DNA from: Flectonema sp. DT1601 | Taxonomy: Eukaryota | NCBI GenBank assembly: GCA_964019425.1 | Contig: OZ025789.1 | Coordinates: forward strand, 682,001-746,000 | Length of the DNA stretch: 64,000 nucleotides | Direction of reading: 5' to 3' | Shown here: piece after piece, positions 48,433 through 57,700 of the stretch | Position numbering within the stretch: position 1 is the first letter of the stretch | Layout: the number at the start of each line of letters is the position of its first letter | Made by a program: the position numbers and the translations under genes | The notes under the pieces: generated by a model | Seen by the model: only the letters and a program-made list of their open reading frames with translations | The model's database searches: none | What the model was told of the DNA's origin: nothing

Positions 48433-49420
48433 GAACGACACCACGATTCAACGAGTTAGTGACCCTTCGGAAGAATTTTAGTGCAAACCAGTACTTACCT
48501 GGATGTACGCGAGTAATCGCCGAAGCGTGTAAAAGGCGACCTGCTAAGCTTTCGATTTTCTCGGATGTAATGTTATCAAGGCAAGTATTCAGTATCCTCT
48601 TGCGAAGCTTCTACAGTACACTCATTATGATTAAACCTTACACCGAGAAAATCGTACTCCTTAGCAAGCTCCTGAGTTTCTTCCTGCTTCCATGTCACGT
48701 TGCAGCGTTTTGCCACTTCGTTAATTCTAGTTGTTGCATCAGATACATGCCTGCATGAACCAGTAACCCTAATGTTGTCGACCCACACGTCAGTAACGAT
48801 CCCTCGGTGTGTGAAACAGGGCTTGGTAAAAGTAGGTTCGCCTGCGACAGTTGCTGCCAGCGAGTGCATAATCTCAGGTGCTGCCATATGTCCCATCGGC
48901 AACCTGGTAAGCTCAAACCACTCCCCTCGCTCATCTTGAAATCTAAAATATTTCCTCGAGCGCTCAGGTATTGATACCTGGTAAAACCCAGTCTTCAAGT
49001 CCCATTGAGACGATGTCTCCCTTGTAACTTGAGAAAGGTATTGGGATACATGCCCCAAACCCGCGCGCGGCTTGTACCCAAGATCGTGCATCATCCTGTT
49101 GGCCTCTTTCGTCCACAAGATGAACCGTTGTCGAATCCCAGCCTGCCGTTCTTCGAGGGTAGTAAAGGGTATCGACTCGAGTATCCCGGGGCCGTCAGCT
49201 AGGGTTGCAACCCCTGCCTCCACCAGTCGTCGCGCATGTTCCGACTGCAGACTAGACTCCTTATGGCTCTTCTTGTACCCAATGGTCCCTTCGGATTAAA
49301 GGTTTGGTCCCAGACCTCTTCGAACCTCCTGCGGGTACCTTCAGTCATCATCTTCTTCACTTCTTCAACATCGATGGCCCCCACTTCCTTGACATGAAGA
49401 GGTGCCGCCTTCTCCTCGTC
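48432..49420 (-). pseudogene. Reverse transcriptase of YR retroelement (frameshifted)
   Basis: Motifs RQRFILWT, WDLKTGFYQV, FRF, LTRLPMG, VWVDNI and YDFLGV, split over several frames. Confidence 0.85.
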
Positions 49421-49490
49421 AGTTGAAGGGGTCGTGTGGTCTTCGACTTCCGAGTGAAATTCTGCATAAGTCTCCGGGCAGTCCTTGGAG

Positions 49491-50546
49491 CTACAGATGT
49501 TGTGTTACTCGGGCTGTACGTAGTGAAAGAGCCAGCCCCCTGGTCGACCCTGCGTATCTTAGCGTTGTCTCTGATATCTGTTGGTTTGCCGTCTCGTGTT
49601 TCGCTAATCGACTTATCAGTGTCAGTGGGATGTCCAACCCGAGTTGCTTCTTCTCGAAAATGTACTTTACGGCACCACGTTTTATGCTGTGAGCACTGTA
49701 TGCTTCCATGCGAGAATCCCTTTTCCAAAGCCCTGTGAGCTTCGGAGTGTCGACTTTTGTCAGACGATCGAAGAACCCCAACCTTCTGATAGCCAGGTTT
49801 ATCTCCTCCGTCCATCTTCCGGTGATCACCGCGAACCTTGATGCCGTGAATGGATTTTCCCTCTTTCCCTTTGGTATCTGGCCCCAGTCTATTATTACTG
49901 TCAAAGGGTCGCTCTGTATGAAGTTGGCCGATGATAGCGCCGCGACTTCCCCCCAGCGTGACATCGTCTTCCAGGCGATCATCGCTCCTTCAGTTCCTGT
50001 GTCTGGCCCCACTCCTCCAGGACTTCCCTCGGGATCGGAGTTGCCTGCGATTTGCGGGTTTGCGGGTATTGCAGCGCCATCTGCCCTTAAGGCCATCTGA
50101 AAGCTTCTGAGTGGTTGGTTCTCCATTCCAATGTGCTTCATAATCCCCGACAATGCCTTCGCGTAGTTCAGAAGACTCTGTAACTTCGCCCCTGTTGCGG
50201 TTACGAATAAGACTGCAGAATTCGCATCCATCGGGAGGTTCTTGTCGGTGGTCCATTTTGCAAACCTCGACCATAACCGCTTTCTTTGATCGATTGTTGA
50301 TGTCGCCCACATCCTTCTTACTATTGCGCGTGCACGCTTTTCGGCTGCCTTTATGGTAACATCGTCTTCCGAGTGTGTTCCCCTTGTGGGTTTGCGTTGC
50401 AAGATCTGCAGGATTGCATGCTCCATGATTCCTTTTCCCTTGACTAACTCGTCTTGCCGCATTTTGGCGGTTGCGCCTCCGGTAGTTCTGCTTAACGAAG
50501 TCATGCCTGGCCGGGCCCAGGTAAACTTCCTCTTTCTCACCGACAT
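49491..50546 (-). CDS. Tyrosine recombinase of YR retroelement (with a short internal frame-shifted segment near 49985-50060)
   Basis: Catalytic set R (SRWGEV), K (IPKG), HxxR (AHSIKRG), H (AKHE) and Y (TLRYA). Confidence 0.85.
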   Translation of the reverse strand: MSVRKRKFTWARPGMTSLSRTTGGATAKMRQDELVKGKGIMEHAILQILQRKPTRGTHSEDDVTIKAAEKRARAIVRRMWATSTIDQRKRLWSRFAKWTTDKNLPMDANSAVLFVTATGAKLQSLLNYAKALSGIMKHIGMENQPLRSFQMALRADGAAIPANPQIAGNSDPEGSPGGVGPDTGTEGAMIAWKTMSRWGEVAALSSANFIQSDPLTVIIDWGQIPKGKRENPFTASRFAVITGRWTEEINLAIRRLGFFDRLTKVDTPKLTGLWKRDSRMEAYSAHSIKRGAVKYIFEKKQLGLDIPLTLISRLAKHETANQQISETTLRYAGSTRGLALSLRTARVTQHL

Positions 50547-51894
50547 TCAAATTCTTTGAGGTTGCACCTGGGCACCACGGCCCCTTGGACCTAAAAAAGG
50601 CTTGATGGAGGGTCTTTGCTTAGGAGTCCAAGACTTTTTCTTGGATGCTTTGATAATGGATTTATCCATATTATCGCTCTCCTTCGCCTCCATCTCCGTC
50701 AAAACATCACTCAGTCTGGCCCCTTGCACAACGTAACCTTGCTGTGCGCGTAACAAGGACAACCCCCTATTACCCAGACATACCATCTCAGGCATTTCTT
50801 CCCATGAATCTACCTGCTCTGCCACCCTTATCCAATCAACAAGCATTTCAAAGTATGCCAGAAGGACACGGTCACCGGGCCCTGCAGTGGTACACCCACT
50901 AGTGTACTTAAAGCGCAGGTCCCTGATGAAACCCGTCGCGTCCTCCTCGATCGCTTCTCCCCACTGCAGCACATCCTTCCTGTCTTCGACTCTCGTCGTC
51001 GTAAAGACGACCTTCGCATGTGCCTGAGGAGCCTGCAACGTGGTCGGTACATCTTCCGGACCAGTTCCCTTCGCTATCGCCGCTAGCCTACCCACCCGTT
51101 CATCTGACGCATCGATTTGCCCCAACGTCGTTACTGGTTGAGTAGTTGTAATTGGTCTCTTTGAGACGTCCTTCAAACACTCCAGAATCTTGTCGATCTA
51201 TCTTGGGCTATTGCCAACTCGCGGTTTGCGGTGATGGCCCCCTGCATCTTCGCCATCTCTGACTGCTGCTCCCTGATCGCAGAGCCAGTCATCCCTGCCA
51301 GGCTGTTCGCCGTCTGCCCTTGTCGAGATAGTTCGTTGGCTATTCTTGCATGTCCTTGTTCAAGTGCCTGCTGGCGGTTTATCACGTTGACGGTCTCTAA
51401 AACGGCCTGCCGCTGCCCTGCAGAATTCAGCGCCTGGGACGTGGCTTGTTCCAAAGCACTCTGTCTCTGGACGGTGTGTGTTACTGCTTGGCTGGCGCCG
51501 TCGAGGACCTGGTGAAACTCAGAACGTGACACTGGCAACCCTCGGTTACACCGCACGCGTTCAACATCTCATCAAACCTAGTGACATTCCTGTTCCTCAG
51601 GTGAGACAACATCACCTCCTTCGGCCTCAACGCGATGCCTTGGATCGATTCCCTTGGTATACCTAAAAAAGCCATTAGCATATCATTGATAATACGCTCG
51701 GCCTGCTGCTGCGCACACCATCCCCCAAGGTTCATCCTAACATCATCCATTTTGTAAGTTCCACGTTTCAGCTCTTCTCCGCCGAAAACGCCTTTCCAAG
51801 CTTCTTCTAAGCTAGAAGGTAGCCTGAAGTCATATGAACTTGAAGCCGCGACTAATGTCCCTGGCTGATCGATGTTCATTGGCACTTGATCCAT
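50547..51894 (-). pseudogene. Gag-like/coiled-coil ORF of YR retroelement, broken by frameshifts near 51530 and 51195
   Basis: Three overlapping ORFs (51481-51894, 51173-51556, 50547-51176) chain together. Q/A-rich coiled coil, positioned upstream of the YR. Confidence 0.6.
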
Positions 51895-52052
51895 TTAAAA
51901 GAAATTTAATTTATTTAAAGGATGCAAAATTGCCTGGGTAAAGGCAGATAGGCATAACGAATCAATCGCATAGCACTATATAAAATGATAAGACGGTAAA
52001 ACATGATAAGATAGTAAACTACGGCCGATCCCGGGAGATTCCCATATTGGTG

Positions 52053-52117
52053 TTAGGGTTTGCGGGTTTGCGGGTTTGCGGGTTTGCGGGGTTTGCGGGT
52101 GTTTGCAGGTTTGCAGG
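52053..52117 (+). repeat. TTAGGG followed by five TTTGCGGG units and two TTTGCAGG variants
   Basis: Direct reading. Confidence 0.92.
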
Positions 52118-54080
52118 TTCCCCTCTCCTCATAGTTTTGCCAACTTCCTTCCCTTCGGCGTGCGGAGCCAACCCCCGATGGACTTACGGAAATGAACTGG
52201 TCCTTTGAGAGCGCTGCGGTCTCGCCCCCTCTTGATGCAGTCTTCTAGTAAGATACTTCCCCAACTTAAAGATGAAACCGGAAGTAAGAAAGATGAGACA
52301 GCGTCGCATGTTGAACTAGAAAAGGCAACAGAAGTTAATACAATAGTTGAGAACTCAATGACCGACGTGCCAACGACAACATCCTCGTCAGAACCATCCT
52401 ACAAAGATACAACGCATATCAAGAGGAAATGTAAATATTGCTTCAAGACTAAGAAATCAATTATTGATCATGCCCACATATGCGCAATATTCAGAGCCTC
52501 AAAGGACTTTCCATATTACATGGGTCATGATAATACAACGTATGAAGTTAACAACAGTGATGGCCCCAACAAGATCACAATGGTCATCAAGGAGAAGAAG
52601 AAACTAAACATGCGGTCTATCAAAAGAGGTGCAAAACTAGTAACACCGATTCCAATAATCGAATTTAATGGATGGACAAGGACAAGAGAAAAAGGTTAGA
52701 GAATAAGAACGGATCTAAAAGTAAACGCAAGATCAAAGTTGAGGTTAATAAGATGCTAGTCGCTTCAGCAAAAAAGAAGGCAGCCGCTACTAAGAAAAGA
52801 TGTACGAAAGAAACGAGCCAAACAAGAAGATATCAACACACCTAAAAGTGAAGATAAAGAGAACGTTACGAACATCTTAGATACTCCTTCGACTCCTGTT
52901 TTACATGATTTTGAAGATGTATCAGATTATGCATCAGATCTTGATAACTAATCATCTTATACTTTCTACATTTATTGTAGAAGAGTGCTCCACTAGTAGT
53001 GCGCTACGAACTAGTAATAACAAGAAGAATGTTTCTTTTATAAACATTATAACAAAGTAACTACACCCTAGCCTTGCTAACTAAGATGCTTCAGTCACAA
53101 CAGATGATTGACTTACTTCTACACCATACTGATGATGAGAGAATAGAGGTAAGAGGTATATGGATTACTCTCGAAACCTAATAGTTACTTTAAAAGGCTA
53201 AGTTAAGCATCACACCTAGTCACTGTATCTTAGAACTAATATTAAATTATCGTTATGTTTTTTATGGTACAAAACATTTGTATTTTACGTACAAAATCAA
53301 ACAGTTAACCCCCCTTGATGCAGTCTTCCAGCACACTGGCATTGCTAAGTGGGTCTTTACGCCTTGCCCAATCCACCAGGTCGAAACCTGTCATTGGCGT
53401 TGCCTCGTATCTGTGGGGAAGATTTCGGGCCCAGCAAGGGAAAAGGAGAAACCAGCAAACGCAAGCTCGGCTGTTCTGTTCGTGATGGCGGCGGGTGTGG
53501 CAGTGCAGGGGCTTCTCTCCCATGCAAAGGGTCTACCTGCAGTGATGGGGAGGATCGGGATAGAAAGCAGACCTCTGTTGAGCTTAGCTGCAGCACTGGG
53601 GGCGAACGGGGCGGCAACAGGTTCCGCCTGATTGCTGTTGCCTTTGAGGCCCACATCTTCTAGTGTTTCTTGGGGTCTTCCCGTCGCTTCTATATGTGAC
53701 GGGGTCCTCGGCATGCCGCTTCTTTGCCCCCTCGGGGCATCCTCCATCATGTTCAGCAGGATTCTTCCAACCATGTTTTTTCCTAATTCTTCTGAGGGCA
53801 TTGTATCAACAATGCCCTCAGAATCAGCCCCTTCCAGCATCTTCTTTCCAATCCCCTTGGCCTTTTGCAATGTTTCAGGATCTGCCTTCCCTTTTCCAAT
53901 GCTCATTCAATTGCAGTTTCTTGGGCAGCTGTGCACCCTGCAAGTAATCGAAGCTGTTGTTCAGGGGGGGGAAGGCCCTATTGTGTGTAACTGCTGTTCC
54001 CTCACACCTTCGTTGAAGTAGTCTGTGCAATCTCCTTCCCAGTTTTTCTGCTTACTTCTTTCTGAACAAGCCTTTGTATG
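52118..54080 (-). mobile_element. TATE/DIRS-like element copy 2: rearranged tyrosine recombinase fragment with an inversion (~53411-53620) and a ~1.07-kb insertion (52246-53313)
   Basis: Pieces are homologous to the copy-1 YR: MSIGKGK.., MWASKATAIRRNL, (+ strand) SSAVLFVMAAG..GRIGIESRPLLSLAAALGANGAA, YEATPM..DLVDWAR, WKTASR and GETAALSKDQFI. Confidence 0.75.
52235..52950 (+). pseudogene. Frameshifted Lys-rich ORF with CxxC...H..C zinc-finger-like motif, inside the insertion in YR copy 2
   Basis: KCKYCFKTKKSIIDHAHIC. Coding-like sequence continues through two frameshifts to ~52950. Confidence 0.4.
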
Positions 54081-54282
54081 TTAAGGTTTGCACCCAAAAT
54101 TTGCTTGCGGAAAGAAACGGAAGCTCTTCTTAGTATGGAAGTAGCTAGGCAGGGGCATCCTTTCTGTTTCCCTTTCTCCCTGCTAACTTAATTTTGGCCC
54201 CAACCCCCTTGGAACCCAAAGAACCCCCAATACTGGTAATAATATACAAGTGGATGTCAAAAGTCTGGTGCCGTTTTGGTCA

Positions 54283-54753
54283 ATGGTAAACTGTGGGCGT
54301 GTACAACCCAATCGAACCCCAACCCTGTCCTCACACAACTGGGAACACACAGTTGTTGCTTCTTTCCATAAAGGAGGGAGTACTACTATTGTTGCAATTG
54401 CGAAATCTCAACCGCCCAACTTCGTAAGCATAGGTACTAATGAATACCTTGTGATAAACAAAGAAGTTAAACGAACTGACAGAAAACCGCTAGGCCCAAC
54501 CTACATCCCAGGCGACGCGGCTCAAAAACTAACGGGAACCCTGAAGAGACAAAAAACAACTCCTCAACCACAACAACCAACTCAGCAGCCGACATCAGCA
54601 CCAACACCAGCGCCAGCACCATCAGCACCAACGCCAGCACCAGCAACAGCACAAGCGACAACACCGCCCACCGAATCTGCTGCTAAGCAGGATAGTGATA
54701 AAAACCGTGACGTAGAAATGGAAAGTAACGATTCGGACTTTGATCTCAACTGA
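54283..54753 (+). CDS. Upstream ORF1 of the non-LTR element (frame open from 54187, first ATG 54283) with P/A/Q/T-rich hinge, ending in UGA-CUAG
   Basis: Same frame as ORF2, with a single TGA at 54751-54753. Confidence 0.6.
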   Translation: MVNCGRVQPNRTPTLSSHNWEHTVVASFHKGGSTTIVAIAKSQPPNFVSIGTNEYLVINKEVKRTDRKPLGPTYIPGDAAQKLTGTLKRQKTTPQPQQPTQQPTSAPTPAPAPSAPTPAPATAQATTPPTESAAKQDSDKNRDVEMESNDSDFDLN

Positions 54754-57700
54754 CTAGATGACGATGAGGATGAACTCAATCCGACCAACTCACTTGTGGA
54801 AAAGGATACGGCTCGTGAACTGCTGCTAAAGGCAGGCGACGTCGAACGCAACCCTGGCCCTGACAACTCTCTCATATCTCTACTGAGCTGGAACTGTCGA
54901 TCGATGGGGAACAAAGGCGCTTATATTCACAAGCTGCTAAATGCCTATGCGCCTGACGTACTGTGCCTACAGGAGACTTGGACGAATGATGTAATTTCGC
55001 ACACGGACTATTTCACCTATCGGAATGATAGGGCAACACGAGGTGGAGGGGTTATTTCTATGGTGAAAAAATGCCACACTCAGCAGCGTTTGAACATGGA
55101 GCTTCCGCCACACTTAAATGATGTCGAGGTCGTGAAGGTCAACATAGGTGGAAAGATTGACATCATCAATGTTTATGCTCCCCCGGGATGCATGATCAGA
55201 GAGTCAGATCTTCCAGTCTCAACGAAAGCAATCGTCGCGGGTGACTTTAATGCCCATCATCCGGTGTGGTCACTTAAATCGACGAGAGCAGGTTCAACTT
55301 TACATGAATGGGCAGCTCAAAATGATCTACTGGTTGCTAACAAGATGGGGTCAATCACAAGGCCTTTTCCTGACGTCCCGGGGGGTGGTACCTCGCCAGA
55401 TGTAGTATTCTTTTCAAACTCGATGGTTCTTGAAGAATTTAGTGCAATTGAAGAAGATAATAAACATGGGTCAGATCATCGACCTCTCTACACCGTACTG
55501 GATCCCATGTGCCAACTTGCACGGGCCACGATAGGTTCGAAGAAACGCGTAGTGTGGGACTTCAAGTCTACGGACTGGAACTGCTTTGGGACCATGCTCG
55601 AAAAGAGAATTAGAAAATCAAGACTCTCCGATGATGCAACTGCGAATGCCAAGCTCTTTAATAACATACTGCATGAAGTGGCGGCTAAATTCATTCGTCG
55701 ACGTCTCCTTTTCAAAGGAAAACGGAGACGAAAGTGGAAGACGTCAACTCCCGATTCTACCAAATCGAAGGGTGTCCACCTACGTGATCAACTTGACAAG
55801 GGTAACAACTTTGCCTTTGCGTTTAAGAAGATCAAAGAACTGCAGCAAGATGCTGGTAAGGATATCAGTGTCAACAATATCTCTGACTGCGATCTCCCAT
55901 CAGCATTCTTGGACCTGTTTGTCTCGAAATCGGAAATATTATCGCTAGAGGCCCCCGCACTCTCAGAAGGTGATAATGAAATAGATATTTGCTGTGATTT
56001 CACAATGGCTGAAATTAAAGCTGCGATTAAGAACCTGAAGACCCGCAAGGCTGCAGGACCTGATGGAGTTCACAATGAGATGATCAAAAACTTCACTCCG
56101 GCAACAGTGGAATACCTCTTGAGAATTATTAACACTTCCTGGAAGACTTCAAAAGTACCGTACCAGTGGAAACAAGGTTTAATCAAGCCTATGTTCAAGG
56201 CTGGAAAACCTCGAAATGAGCTGAAGAGTTTCAGACCCATTACGCTCACCTCGGTTGTTGGGAAACTTGCGGAGAGGCTCGTGTATGACCGACTCATGCA
56301 CTGGCTCACAAAACATTCGTCGCTCAGCCCGCTACAGGCTGGATTCAGAAAGGGGAGAAATACCTGCGAGCAGATCACCGTTCTAGTGGATGCTATCGTA
56401 AGGAGCCACATGGAAGAAAAGAGATCAGTGTTCTTGTCATTCGACTTTACTGCTGCGTTTGACAGGATCAACCATAAGATACTTATATTAAAATTAGTAA
56501 AGATGGGTGTTCCAAATGTTATTATCAGATGGATCACAGACTTTCTTACAAACAGGAAGGTTAGAGTTGAAGCAAATGGTCATTTTAGCGAATTCCGTAC
56601 TCTGGCTAAGGGGGTTCCCCAGGGATCGATCCTGGGTCCTCTTCTCTATCTTATCTACGTTGATGACCTCTGCAAGATTTTGGAACTGGAGAAGGAAACA
56701 ACGACGTCTGCTCTGTATGCTGATGACACAGCCTGTGTAGTGTCAGGATCAAACATGGAAGAAGCTCTTTCGAATGCTCAATTAGTACTCGACAAAGTGG
56801 ATCAATGGTGTTTTGAAAACGACATGGCCTTATCGGTCTCCAAAACCTGTGCGCTTAAGATGAATGTTCGCTCGAAGGGCATAGTACTAAACGATACGTG
56901 TAATCGCGAACTGCTTTTCTCTAGATCTGTTGAGGAACGCATGCTTAAACTTGACTATGGTGACATCGAGAAGCATATCAATCTCAAATCACCCAGACCC
57001 ATGCTTCAAAGTGGCGAAACGATTCTTGAAATTGGAGGAATCCCAATCAAGACACAAGAAGAACTCGACAACTTGATGCTGCAATACGTCGTTCGTGAGG
57101 ACAGCATTATGGTTGTGAGAGCAATATTCAAAACTGCCTTTCTGTTACCGATAGTCGACTCAGTAAAATACCTCGGAGTTCACATCGACGACAGGCTCAC
57201 CTTCCACAAACAAGTAGGCAAGATTCACGAAGAATTAAAGAGGGGGATATCACTTCTGCAGTGCCTCCAGCCGTACGAACTGGACTACAAGACTCTTAAC
57301 ATGGTTAAGAACCTTTATGTAACCGCGAGAATCTCATATGCGCTTGACAGTTTTGGTTGGTTGATAAGCAGCAGCGTTGACAGCATCGACTTCGAACTGA
57401 GGAAGGTCGCCAGACTGGTTACTGGATGCAGCAAGTGTACGCCAAGAGAGTTACTGTTGTGGGAGTCTGACATGTATCCTTTTAAACGTCAGATTGAAAA
57501 GCAGACAAAAATTGCGTACTACAGGTATAAAGCCATGACTTGGATACCTAATACAAACAGACTCGCCTCAACACAAAGCTACTGGGCTGGCCTAATCCCT
57601 GGCACTGATAGTCAGCGTGAAAGCCAGTGCTTAGTGCAGCCTGACTCGATGGAACCCTGGATATCTCCGACGAACCTTAGGATTAGCAACAGCTGCGGAT

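Larger units (their letters stand above)
48432..52052 (-). mobile_element. TATE/DIRS-like tyrosine-recombinase retrotransposon, copy 1 (degenerate, 3' end disrupted)
   Basis: Order is gag-like ORF, tyrosine recombinase, then an overlapping RT. Multiple frameshifts. GC-richer than the host. The right end abuts telomere-like repeats. Confidence 0.85.

Noticed and set aside
52053..52117. Repeat arrays as CRISPR
   Set aside because: Tandem units without spacers, eukaryotic context and no cas genes.
53278..53631. Plus-strand 117-aa ORF as an independent gene
   Set aside because: It is the inverted middle piece of the copy-2 tyrosine recombinase.
54090..54250. HDV-like ribozyme/Pr77-type signature at the LINE 5' end
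   Set aside because: Hairpins are present (GCAGGGG/CCCTGC), but I could not build the nested double pseudoknot by eye. A descriptor search is needed.
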